Below are positions 38,782 to 50,408 of a stretch of 64,000 nt of DNA, in pieces. Source of the stretch: Mobula hypostoma (Eukaryota); the NCBI RefSeq assembly GCF_963921235.1, contig NC_086098.1, positions 744,001 to 808,000 on the forward strand, given 5' to 3'. A model generated the notes under the pieces. It was given only the letters and a program-made list of their open reading frames with translations. It searched no databases and had not been told where the DNA came from. Both the position numbers and the translations under genes were made by a program. Each line of letters starts with the position of its first letter. Positions within the stretch are counted from its first letter, which is position 1.

Positions 38782-40790
38782 AGAGTATGGATTATGATCA
38801 GAGATTAAGGGAGCTAGGGCTTTACTCTTTGGAGAGGAGGAGGATGAGAGCAGACATGATAGAGGTATACAAGATATTAAGAGGAATAGATAGAGTGGAT
38901 AGCCAGCACCTCTTCCCCAGGGCACCACTGCTCAATACAAGGGGATATGGCTTTAAGATAAGGGGTGGGAAGTTCAAGGGGGATATTAGAGGAAGGTTTT
39001 TTACTCAGAGAGTGGTTGGTGCGTGGAATGCACTGCCTGAGTCAGTGGTGGAGGCAGATACACTGGTGAAATTTTAGAAACCACTAGACAGGTATATGGA
39101 GGAATTTAAGGTGGGGAGTTATATGGAAGGCAGGGTTTGAGGGTCGGCACAACATTGTGGGCCGAAGGGCCTGTACCGTGCTGTACTATTCTCTGTTCTT
39201 TGCCACTTCTCAGCCTAGTTCTGCATCGTATCGATGTCCCACTGTAACCTCTTACAACCCTCCGGACTATCCACAACACTCCCAACCTTTGTGTCATCAG
39301 CAAAATAACTAACCCACCTTTCTACTACTTCATCCAGGTCATTTATTAAAATCACAAAGAGGAAGGGTTCCAGAAAAGATTCCTGTGGGACACTTCTGGT
39401 CACTGACCTCCATGCAGAATACAAACTATCTACAACCACCCTTTGCCTCCGTGGGCGAGCCAATTCTGGATTTACAAAGCAGGGTTTCTGTGGATCCCAT
39501 GCCTCCTTGCTTTCTGAAGGAGCCTCACATGGGGAACCTTTTCAAATGCCTGACTGAAATCCATATACACTACATCCAGGCTCGACTTTCATCAATATGT
39601 TTTGTTACTTTTAATCAGGCTCATAAGGCATGACCTGCCCTTGACAAAGCCATGCTGACTATCCCTGATTAGATTATGTCTCTCCAAATGCTCAAATCCT
39701 CCCTCTCAAGATCTTCAACAACTTAAAAACGTAAAAACCTACAACACAATACAGGCCCTTCGGCCCACAAAGCTCCGCTGAGCATGTCTTTACATGAGAA
39801 ATTACCTAGGGTTACCCATAGCCCTCTAATTTTCGAAGCTCCATGCATCGATGCAGGCGTCTCTTAAAAGACCCTATTGTATGCGCCTTCACCACCATCA
39901 CTGGCAGCCCATTCCACACACCCACCACTCTCTGCGTTTTCAAAAAAATAAAATAAAATAAAATTACCCCTGATATCTCCTCTGTACCTACTTCTAAGCA
40001 TCTTAAAACTGTGCCCTCTCGTATTAGCCATTTCAGTCCTGGGGAAAAGCCTCCGACTATCCACACGATCAATGCCTCTCATCATCTTATACACCTCTTA
40101 TCAGGTCACCTCTCATCCTCTGCCGCTCCAAGGAGAAAAGGCCGAGTTCACTCAACCTATTCTCATAAGGCATGCTCCCCAGTCCAGGCAGCATCCTTGT
40201 AAATCTCCTCTGCACCCTTTCTATGGTTTCCACATCTTTCCTATAGTGAGGTGACCAGAACTGGAGCACAGTACTCCAAGTGGGATCTGACCAGGGTCCT
40301 ATATAGCTGCAACATTACCTCTCGGCTCCTAAACTCAATCCCACGATTGATGAAGGCCAATACACCACATACCTTCTTAACCATAGAGTCAACCTGCGCA
40401 GCTGCTTTGAGTGTCCTATGGACTCAGATCCCCAGATCCCTCTGATCCTCCACACTGCCAAGAGTCTTACCATTAATACTATATTCTCCCATCATATTTG
40501 AACTACCAAAATGAGCCACCTCATGCATATCTAGGTTGAACTCCATCTGTCACTTCTCAGTCCAATTTTGCATCCTATCGATGTCCCGCTGTAACCTCTG
40601 ACAGCCCTCCACACTATTGACAACACCCCCAACCTTTATGTCATCAGCAAATTTACTAACCCGTCCCTCCACTTCTTCATCCAGGTCATTTATAAAAATC
40701 ACGAAGAGTAGCAGTCCCAGAACAGATCCCTGAGGCACACCACTGGTGACCAACCTCCATGCAGAATATGACCTGTCTACAACCACTCTT

Positions 40791-41283
40791 GGAGGAACAA
40801 CACCTTGTATTCTGTCTGGGTAGCCTCCAACCTGATGGCATAAGCATTGACTTCTCAAACTTCCGTTAATGCCCCACCTCCCCCTCGTACCCCATCCAGT
40901 ATTTATTTATATGCACACATTCTTTTTCTGTCTCTCCTTTTTCTCCCTCTGTCCCTCTCTCTGGACTTTTCCCCCCTCCCCCTTTTCTTTCCCCCTGGGC
41001 CTCCTGTCCCGTGATCCTCTCATATCCCTTTTGCCAATCACCTGTCCAGCTCTTGGCTCCATCCCTCCCCCTCCTGTCTTCTCCTATCATTTTGGATCTT
41101 CCCCCCTCCCCCTCCCACTTTCAAATCTCTTACTTGCTCTTCTTTCAGTTTGTCCTGACGAAGGGTCTCGGCCCGAAACATTGACTGTACCTCTTCCTAG
41201 AGATGCTGCCTGGCCTGCTGTGTTCACCAGCAACTTTTATGTGTGTTGCTTGAAATTCCAGCATCTGCAGATTTCCTTGTGTT
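40791..41283 (+). mobile_element. PLE 3' fragment (GIY-YIG C-terminus, terminal repeat, hammerhead variant 41151-41186)
   Basis: EEQHLVFCLGSLQPDGISIDFSNFR*; ctgacgaagggtctcggcccgaaacattgac; TSD tacaaccacWctt (40778-40790, 41284-41296). Confidence 0.88.
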
Positions 41284-41953
41284 TACAACCACACTTTGCC
41301 TTCTTTGGGTAAGCCAGTTCTGGATCCACAAAGCAATGTTCCCTTGGATCCCATGCCTCCTTACTTTGTCAATAAGCCTTGCATGGGGTACTTTGCCCAC
41401 CACTAAAGTCAAACTCACTAGTCTATAAATTCCTGGGTTGTCTCTACTCCTTTTCTTGAGCAAGGGAACAATATTTGCAACCCTCTAATCCTCTGGTACT
41501 TCTCCCATCCCTATTGAAGATGCAAAGATCATCACCAGAGGCTCAGCAATCTCCTCTCTTGCTTCCCACAGTAGCCTGGGGTATATCTCATCTGGTCCCA
41601 ATGACTTATCTAACTTAATGATTTTCAAAAGCTCCAGCAAATCCTCTTAAAGTCTATATGCTCAAGCATTTCAGTCTGCTGTAAGTCATCATCCATAATT
41701 GCCAAGGTCTCTTTCCCCAGTGAATACTGAGCAAAGTATTCATTAAGTACCTCTGCTACTTTTTCCAACTCCGTGTACGCATTTCCACTTTCGCACCTGA
41801 TTGGTCCTATTCTCACTTGGCTCCCAGTCTTGCTCTTCACGTATTTATACAATGCCTTGGAATTGTCATTAATCCTGCTCACCAAGGCCTCCTCATGGCC
41901 CGATAGTTAGAGGTGCAGATAGAAGGTTCTGTGGTCGTGACAGAGAATCCAGG

Positions 41954-42388
41954 ATGGTTTGTTGCCTCCCGGGTGCCAAGGTCAAGGATGTCTCTGATCG
42001 ATTGCATGACATTCTGAAGTGGGAGGGTGACCAGCCAGATGTCGTGGTGCACATCGGTACCAATGACATAGCAAGGAAGAGTGAAGAGGTCCTGGACAGT
42101 GAGTATAGAGAGCTTGGTAGGAAGTTGAAAAGCATGACCTCAAGGGTGGTAATCTCAGGATTGCTACCTGTGCTAGGTGCCAGTGAGGGTAGGAATAGGA
42201 TGCTCTGGAGGAAGAACAAGTGGCTGAGGAACTGGTGTAGGGGGCAGGGTTTCAGATTTCAGGATCATTGGGACCTCTTCTGGGGCAGGTGGGACCTGTA
42301 CAAGAGAGACGGGTTACACTTGAACCACAGGGGGACCAATATCCTTTCAGGGAGGTTTGTTAGTGCTATTGGGGAGGCTTTAAACTAG
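41954..42388 (+). pseudogene. CR1 ORF1 C-terminal SGNH/GDSL esterase domain (partial)
   Basis: CCLPGA, VVVHIGTND, ISGLLP, DGLHLN. Confidence 0.88.
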
Positions 42389-42493
42389 ATTTGCAGGGGG
42401 ATGGGAACCAGAGTGCCAGAGCTGATAGTGTGGCTCGGGTGAAAATAAATGATGTTGAAAGTTTAAGCAAATCCGCTGATAGAAAGGTTGTGA

Positions 42494-45142
42494 GTGGTAA
42501 AAAATCTTCTGAGGTGTATATATTTCAATGCTAGGAGTATTGCGGGGAAAGCGGATGAGTTGAGGGTGTGGATTGACACATGGAATTGTGATGTTGTAGC
42601 AATTAGTGAAACTTGGCTACAGGAGGGGCAGGACTGGCAGCTTAATATTCCAGGGTTCCGATGTTTCAGATGTGATCGAGGCAGAGGAACGAAAGGTGGG
42701 GGAGTAGCATTGCTTGTTAGGGAAAATATTACAGCAGTACTCAGGCAGGACAGATTAGAGGGCTTGTCTACTGACTCCTTATGGATGGAGCTGAGAAACA
42801 GGAAAGGTATGGCCACATTAGTGGGATTGTATTACAGACCACCCAATAGTCAACGAGACTTGGAAGAGCAAATCTGCAGAGAGATAGCAGGCAACTGCAG
42901 GAAACATAAAGTTGTGGTGGTAGGGGATTTTAATTTTCCATACATTGACTGGGACTCCCATACTGTTAGGGGTCTAGATGGTTTAGAGTTTGTAAAATGT
43001 GTTCAGGAAAGTTTTCTAAATCAATATATAGAGGGACCAACTAGAGGGGATGCAATATTGGATCTCTTGTTAGGTAACGAATTAGGGCAAGTGACAGAAG
43101 TCTGTGTAGGGGTGCACTTTGGTTCCAGTGATCATAACACCATTAGTTTCAATTTGATCATGGACAAGGATAGATCTGGTCCTAGGGTTGAGGTTCTGAA
43201 CTGGAAGAAGGCCAAATTTGAAGAAATGAGAAAGGATCTAAAAAGCGTGGATTGGGACAGGTTGTTCTCTGGCAAAGATGTGATTGGCAGGTGGGAAGCC
43301 TTCAAAGGGGAAATTTTGAGAGTGCAGAGTTTGTATGTTCCTGTCAGGATTAAAGGCAAATTGAATAGGAATAAGGAACCTTGGTTCTCAAGGGATATTG
43401 CAACTCTGATAAAGAAGAAGAGGGAGTTGTATGAAATGTATAGGAAACAGGGGGTAAATCAGGTGCTTGAGGAGTATAAGAAGTGCAGGAAAATACTTAA
43501 GAAAGAAATCAGGAGGGCAAAAAGAAGACATGAGGTTGCCTTGGCAGTCAAAGTGAAGGATAATCCAAAGAGCTTTTACAAGTATATTAAGAGCAAAAGG
43601 ATTGTAAGGGATAAAATTGGTCCTCTTGAAGATCAGAGTGGTTGGCTTTGTGCGGAACCAAAGGAAATGGGGGAGATCTTAAATAGGTTTTTTGCGTCTG
43701 TATTTACTAAGGAAGCTGGCATGAAATCTATGGAACTGAGGGAATCAAGTAGTGAGACCATGGAAACTGTACAGATTGAAAAGGAGGAGGTGCTTGCTGT
43801 CCTGAGGAAAATTAAAGTGGATAAATCCCCGGGACCTGACAGGGTGTTCCCTCGGACCTTGAAGGAGACTAGTGTTGAAATTGCGGGGGCCCTGGCAGAA
43901 ATATTTAAAATGTCGCTGTCTACGGGTGAAGTGCCGGAAGATTGGAGAGTGGCTCATGTTGTTCCGTTGTTTAAAAAAGGATCGAAAAGTAATCCAGGAA
44001 ATTATAGGCCAGTGAGTTTAACGTCAGTAGTAGGTAAGTTATTGGAGGGAGTACTAAGAGACAGAATCTACAAGCATTTGGATAGACAGGGGCTTATTCG
44101 GGAGAGTCAACATGGCTTTGTGCATGGTAGGTCATGTTTGACCAATCTGTTGGAGTTTTTCGAGGAGGTTACCAGGAAAGTGGATGAAGGGAAGGCAGTG
44201 GATATTGTCTACGTGGACTTCAGTAAGGCCTTTGACAAGGTCCCGCATGGGAGGTTAGTTAGGAAAATTCAGTCGCTAGGTATACATGGAGAGGTGGTAA
44301 ATTGGATTAGACATTGGCTCGATGGAAGAAGCCAGAGAGTGCTGGTAGAGAATTGCTTCTCTGAGTGGAGGCCTGTGACTAGTGGTGTGCCACAGGGATC
44401 AGTGCTGGGTCCATTGTTATTTGTCATCTATATCAATGATCTGGATGATAATATGGTAAATTGGATCAGCAAGCTTGCTGATGATACAAAGATTGGAGGT
44501 GTAGACAGTGAGGAAGGTTTTCAGAGCCTGCAGAGGGACTTGGACCATCTGGAAAAATGGGCTGAAAAATGGCAGATGGAGTTTAATACTGACAAGTGTG
44601 AGGTATTGCACGTTGGAAGGACAAACCAAGGTAGAACATACAGGGTTAATGGTAAGGCACTGAGGAGTGCAGTGGAACAGAGTCATCTGGGAATACAGAT
44701 ACAAAATTCCCTAAAAGTGTCATCACAGGTAGATAGGGTCGTAAAGAGAGCTTTTGGTACATTGGCCTTTATTAATCGAAGTATTGAGTATAAGAGCTGG
44801 AATGATATGATGAGGTTGTATAAGGCATTGCTGAGGCCGAATCTGGAGTATTGTGTTCAGTTTTGGTCACCGAATCGCAGGAAGGATATAAATAAGGTTG
44901 AAAGAGTGCAGAGAAGGTTTACAAGGATGTTGCCGGGACTTGAGAAACTCAGTTACAGAGAAAGGTTGAATAGGTTAGGACTTTATTCCCTGGAGCGTAG
45001 AAGAGTGAGGGGAGATTTGATAGAGGTATATAAAATTATGATGGGTATCGCTAGAGTGAATGCAAGCAGGCCTTTTCCACTGAGGCAAGGGGAGGAAAAA
45101 AACCAGAGGACATGGGTTAAGGGTGAGGGGGGAAAAGTTTAA
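42494..45142 (+). CDS. CR1 ORF2: APE endonuclease and reverse transcriptase, 882 aa open, frameshifted near the C-terminus
   Basis: YFNARSI, ISETWL, GDFN, SDH, NYRPVSL, DFSKAFD, GVPQGSVLGP, LADD, LLRPNLEY. Frame shifts at an A-run near 45100. Confidence 0.93.
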   Translation: MVKNLLRCIYFNARSIAGKADELRVWIDTWNCDVVAISETWLQEGQDWQLNIPGFRCFRCDRGRGTKGGGVALLVRENITAVLRQDRLEGLSTDSLWMELRNRKGMATLVGLYYRPPNSQRDLEEQICREIAGNCRKHKVVVVGDFNFPYIDWDSHTVRGLDGLEFVKCVQESFLNQYIEGPTRGDAILDLLLGNELGQVTEVCVGVHFGSSDHNTISFNLIMDKDRSGPRVEVLNWKKAKFEEMRKDLKSVDWDRLFSGKDVIGRWEAFKGEILRVQSLYVPVRIKGKLNRNKEPWFSRDIATLIKKKRELYEMYRKQGVNQVLEEYKKCRKILKKEIRRAKRRHEVALAVKVKDNPKSFYKYIKSKRIVRDKIGPLEDQSGWLCAEPKEMGEILNRFFASVFTKEAGMKSMELRESSSETMETVQIEKEEVLAVLRKIKVDKSPGPDRVFPRTLKETSVEIAGALAEIFKMSLSTGEVPEDWRVAHVVPLFKKGSKSNPGNYRPVSLTSVVGKLLEGVLRDRIYKHLDRQGLIRESQHGFVHGRSCLTNLLEFFEEVTRKVDEGKAVDIVYVDFSKAFDKVPHGRLVRKIQSLGIHGEVVNWIRHWLDGRSQRVLVENCFSEWRPVTSGVPQGSVLGPLLFVIYINDLDDNMVNWISKLADDTKIGGVDSEEGFQSLQRDLDHLEKWAEKWQMEFNTDKCEVLHVGRTNQGRTYRVNGKALRSAVEQSHLGIQIQNSLKVSSQVDRVVKRAFGTLAFINRSIEYKSWNDMMRLYKALLRPNLEYCVQFWSPNRRKDINKVERVQRRFTRMLPGLEKLSYRERLNRLGLYSLERRRVRGDLIEVYKIMMGIARVNASRPFPLRQGEEKNQRTWVKGEGGKV

Positions 45143-45490
45143 AGGGAACATTAGGGGGGGGCTTCTTCACACACAGAGAGTGGTGGGAGTATGGAATGAG
45201 CTGCCAGACGAGGTGGTAAATGCGGGTTCTTTTGTAACATTTAAGAATAAATTGGACAGACACATGGATGGGAGGTGTATGGAGGGATATGGTCCATGTG
45301 CAGGTCAGTGGGACTAGGCAGAAAATGGTTCGGCACAGCCAAGAAGGGCCGAAAGGCCTGTTTCTGTGCTGTAGTTTCTATAGTTCTGGCTCTCCTAATT
45401 CCATTCTTAAGCTCCTTCCTAGCAACCTTGTCATTTTCCAGAGCTCTAACATTACCTAGTTTCTTGAGCCTTTTCTAAGCTTTTCTTTTG

Positions 45491-48400
45491 GATCGGGACA
45501 AGTAGAGTGGCGTGGGAGCTGAATTCTGAAGGAAGGCAGGTTTTTTAAAAACTTCTTCGATTGCAAGAAGGACGAGACTGCGCAGGCGCGTGACGTAACA
45601 GGACAGCGCGGAGAGTTTAAAAAGGAGACCACCCTATACAGTGGGCAGCGGAGTGAGTGGTAGCAGAGTGTAGGGCTTTGGCTTCAACGGGCTTTGGCGG
45701 TAACGGGAAGAGGTGAGAGCGAGACACCAACTCTTTTTCTCCCACTTGGCAAATCGGCCCGGACAGACAGGAACAGCAGGTCTCACACAGCTAATGGTTC
45801 GAGCTAATGGTTTAAAAAGTTCATCTGTTTGGCGAGGTAAATGGGTGAATAGACTTATTTTTCCTGGTTTCATTCCTGTAGAACTAGGTAGCATGCTTGC
45901 AGGGTTAGTGTTTTGTTCAGGGTGTCAAATGTGGGAATCCTGGGAGACCTCCAGCCTCCCTGATGGCCATATCTGCGCCAGGTGCACCGAGATGCAGCTC
46001 CTCAGAGACCGTGTTAGGGATCTGGAGCTGCAGCTTGATGACCTACTGCTTATTCAGGAAAGTGAAAAGGTGTAGACAGGAGCTACAGGGAGGTAGTCAT
46101 CCCTAGGCTACAGGAGTCAGAAAACTGGATGACAGTCAAGAGAGGGAAGGAAAATGCCCAGATAGTGAAGAGCACCCCTGTGGCTGTCCCCCTCAGCAAC
46201 AAATATCTTGTTCTGGATGCTGTTGAGGGGGATGACCTGACAGGGGACACCCATGGTGACTGGGTCTCTGGCACTGAGCCTGGCGCTGTTGTGCAGGAGG
46301 GAAGGAGCGAGAAGAGGAATGTGGTAGTTGTAGGGGATTCCATAGTCAGGGGAACAGACAGGAGATTCTGTGAGCCTGATAGAGATAGATGCATGGTGTG
46401 TTGCCTCCCAGGTGCCAGGTTAGGGGATGTCTCAGATCGGGTCCAGAATATTCTGAAGGGAGAGGATAATTGTGGGGGATTTTAACATGAGTGGATTGGG
46501 AAAATCAGGTCGGCACTGGATCTCGAGAGAATTTGTAGAATGTCTGTGAGATGGCTTTTTGGAACAGCTTGTTGTTGAGCCCATTAGGGCATCGGCTGTA
46601 CTGGATTGGGTATTGTGTAATGAACCGGAGGTGAATAGAGAGATTGAGGTGAAGGAACCCTTAGGAGACAGTGATCATAATATGATTGAGTTCACAGTGA
46701 AATTTGAAAAAGAGAAGCCGAAATCTGATGTGGCGGTATTTCAGTGGAGTAAGGGAAATTACAGTGGCATGAGAGAGGAACTGGCCAAAGTTGACCGGAA
46801 AGGGACACTAGCGGGGAAGGACAGCAGAACAGCAGTGGCTGGAGTTTATGCGAGAAGTGAGGAAGGTGCAAGACGGGTATATTCCAAAAAAGAAGAAATT
46901 TTCGAATGGAAAAAGGATGCAACCGTGGTTGACAAGAGAAGTCAAAGCCAAAGTTAAAGCAATGGAGAAGGCATACAAGGAAGCAAAAATTAGTGGGAAG
47001 ACAGAGGATTGGGAAGTTTTTAAAAGCTTACAAAAGGAAACCAAGAAGGTCATTAAGAGGGAAAAGATGAACTATGAAAGGAAGCTGGCAAATATCAAAG
47101 AGGATACTAAAAGCTTTTTCAAGTATATAAAGAGTAAAAGACAGGTGAGAGTAGATATAGGACCGATAGAAAATGATGCTGGAGAAATTGTAATGGGAGA
47201 TAAGGAGATGGCGGAGGAACTGAACGAGTATTTTGCATCAGTCTTCACTGAGGAAGACATCAGCAGTATACCGGACACTCAAGGGTGTCTGGGAAGAGAA
47301 GTGTGCACAGTCACAATTATGACAGAGAAAGTACTCAGGAAGCTGAATAGTCTAAAGGTAGATAAATCTCCTGGACCAGATGGAATACACCCTCCTGTTC
47401 TGAAGGAAGAAGCTGCGGAGATTGAGGAGGCATTAGCGATGATCTTTCAGAAGTCGATAGATTCTGGCATGGTTCCATAGGACTGGAAGATTGCAAATGT
47501 CACTCCGCTATTTAAGAAGGGGGCAAAGAAGCAAAAAGGAAATTATGGACCTGTTAGCTTGACATCAGTGGTTGGGAAGTTGTTGGAGTCGATTGTCAAG
47601 GATAAGGTTACAGAGTTCCTGGAGGCATATGACAAGATAGGCAGAACTCAGCATAGTTTCATTAAAGGAAAATTCTGCCTGACAAACCTATTACAATTTT
47701 TTGAGGAAATTACAAGTAGGCTAGACAAGGGAGATGCAGTGGATGTTGTATATTTGGATTTTCAGAAGGCCTTTGACAAGGTGTCACACATGAGACTGCT
47801 TAACAAGATAAGAGCCCATGGGAATTACGGGAAAGTTACATATGTGGATAGGGTGTTGGCTGATTGGCAGGAAACAGAGTGGGAATAAAGGGATGCTATT
47901 CTGGCTGGTTGCCGGTTACCAGTGGTGTTTCACAGGGGTCCGTGTTGGGGCTGCTTCTTTTTACGTTGTACATCAACGATTTGGATTATGGAATGATGGC
48001 TTTGTGGCTAAGTTTGCTGATGATGCGAAGATAGGTGGAGGGGCCGGTAGTGCTGAGGAAACAGTCTGCAGAGAGACTTGGATAGATTGGAAGAATGGGC
48101 AAAGAAGTGGCAAATGAAATACAATGTTGGAAAGTGTATGGTTATGCACTTTGGCAGAAGAAATAAACGGGCAGACTATTATTTAAATGGGGAGAGAATT
48201 AAGGCACTGGTGAGACCTCACTTGGAGTACTGTGGGCAGTTTTGGTCTCCTTATTTAAGAAAGGATGTGCTGACATTGGAGAGGGTACAGAGAAGATTCA
48301 CTAGAATGATTCCGGGAATGAGAGGGTTAACATATGAGGAACGTTTGTCCGCTCTTGGACTGTATTCCTTGGAGTTTAGAAGAATGAGGGGGGACCTCAT

Positions 48401-48770
48401 AGAAACATTTCGAATGTTGAAAGGCATGGACAGAGTGGATATGGCAAAGTTGTTTCTCATGATGTGGGAGTCTCGTATGAGAGGGCATGACTTAAGGATT
48501 GAAGGGTGCCAATTCAGAACAGAGATGTGAAGAAATTTTTTTAGCCAGAGGGTGGTGAATCTATGGAGTTTGTTGCCACAAGCAGCAGTGGAGGCCAAGT
48601 CATTGGCTGTATGTAAGGCAGAGATTGGTAGGTTCTGAGTAGTCAGGGCATCAAAGGTTATGGTGAGAAGACGGGGGAGTGGGACTAAATAGGAGAATGG
48701 ATCAGCTCATGATAGAATGGCGGAGCAGACTTGATGGGCCGAATGGCCGACTTCTCTTTTGTCTTATGGT
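45491..48770 (+). mobile_element. CR1 (D-like) with 5' UTR, ORF1 and internally deleted ORF2
   Basis: Zinc finger CSGCQMW..HICARC, GDSIVRG. Jumps at about 46465 (ORF1 to EN) and 48200; FADD; tail tcttatggtc. Confidence 0.88.
45577..45625 (+). promoter_or_regulatory. Putative CR1 internal promoter
   Basis: tgcgcaggcgcg (NRF1-like), tgacgt (CRE-like) and tttaaaaa clustered in a CpG-rich 5' UTR upstream of ORF1. Confidence 0.4.
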
Positions 48771-49663
48771 CCTTTCTATTTAACTAGATTTTCTACATCC
48801 TTTATATGCCATGGTTCTTTAACCCTACCATTCCTTTCCCTATCTCAGTGGAACATACCTGTGCAGAACTCCATTCAAATGTTCCCTGAACATTTGCCAC
48901 ATTTCTGCTATGCATTTTCCTGAGAACTTCTCCCAATTTAAGCTCCAAAGTTCCTGCCTAATTGCATCATATTTCCCCCTACCACAATTAAATGTTTTCC
49001 CAAATTGTCTGCTCCTATCTCTCTCCAGTGCTATGGAGATAGTTGCAGTCACTATCTCCAAAATGCTCTCCCACTGAGAGACCTGACACCTGACCAGGTT
49101 CATTTCCCAATACCCAAATCAAAAATAGCCTCTCCTCTAGTTGGGTTATCTACATATTGTGTCAGGAAACCTTCCTGAACACACCTAACAAACTCCACCC
49201 CATTGAACCATCTGTGCTGAGGAGATGCTAATCAATATTAGCAAAGTTAAAATTTCCCATCACAACAACCGTATTATTATTGTACTGTTCCAGAATCTGC
49301 CTTCCTATCAGCTTCTCGATTTCCTGTTGGGGGCAGGAGGGGTCTATTAAAAAAAAACAAACAAACACCCAGTAGTGTTATTGCCCCTTTCCTATTTCTG
49401 ACTTCCACCCACATTGACTCAGCTGATCATCCTTCATGACTTTGTCCTTTTCTGCAGCCATGACATTATCCCTAATTAGCAATGCCACCTCTTGCCTCCC
49501 TCTGTTGTTTTTGAAACATCTAAAGCCTGGCACACTCAGCAGCCATTCCTATGCCTGAAACATCCAAGTCTCTGTTATGGCCACAATGTCTCAGTTGTAC
49601 GTATTGATCCACACTCCAAGTTCACCCGCCCTGTTTACGATATTCCTTGTATTAAAATAGAAA

Positions 49664-50408
49664 TGCATCCATTAGTCTGGCGAGACCGTGGATCTGCGCC
49701 TGGAAAGTCTTGCTTCAGTCTGTGTTAGAGCAGCATCTGTTGTGGCTGTAGAGGCCCACATGGGAGTGACAGTCTCGGCTGCAGTGACTGCACTTGAAGG
49801 CGCTGTCCTCCAGTGTTGTCTTGGTGCTGTTTTTCCAGCGAGTGTGCTTTTCTTCAGCAGCAAGCCTCAGCTTCTCTTCTCTTTTTAGACCTCTGCGTAG
49901 TTCCAGCCTCCAGTGAGAGCGATCGCTTGTGATGTCCTCCCACCTCTCTACGTTCATTTTCAGTGACTTCATGTCTCTCTTGCAAATGTCTTTGAAACAA
50001 AGATGGGGCCGCCCTTGTGCTCTCTTGCCAGAGGCCAGTCCCCCGTACAGCAGGTCTTTTGGGATCCTCCCGTTTGACATGCGGTGTACGTGGCCCAGCC
50101 AGCGGAGACGGTGTTGTTGGAGCAGGGTGAAGAGGCTGGGTATCTGGGCCAGGGCCAGGACCTCATTGTTGGTGACTCGGTCAGTCCACGTGATGTCCAG
50201 GATGCATCTCAGGCTGTGAAGGTGGAAGGCGTTAAGACGTCGCTCTTGTCTGTAGTAGAGGCTCCAGGTCTCGCTGCCGCAAAGAAGTGTGCTGAGGATG
50301 CAGGCCCTGTAGACTGCAACTTTGTGCGTCATCAGCTTTCTGTTCTCCCAGACTCTTTGTCAGCCTGGCAAATGTTGATGCTGCTCGTCCGATCCGTCTG
50401 TTGATCTA
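49664..50408 (-). mobile_element. RTE-clade LINE 3' fragment
   Basis: ORF 49715..50332: YRACILSTLLCGSETW, RLRWLGHVHRM, GRIPKDLLYG, C-terminal CxxC..H..C. Confidence 0.9.

Larger units (their letters stand above)
33818..39199 (+). mobile_element. CR1 subfamily A (EN to tail), interrupted by CR1-B and a PLE hairpin
   Basis: ORFs 34071, 34443, 37659, 38053 (FADD) and 38745. Resumes at agataggatc near 37676. Confidence 0.92.
41900..45382 (+). mobile_element. Young CR1 subfamily E, truncated within ORF1
   Basis: ORF1 esterase half, long ORF2, 3' UTR and tail gtagtttctat. Confidence 0.95.
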
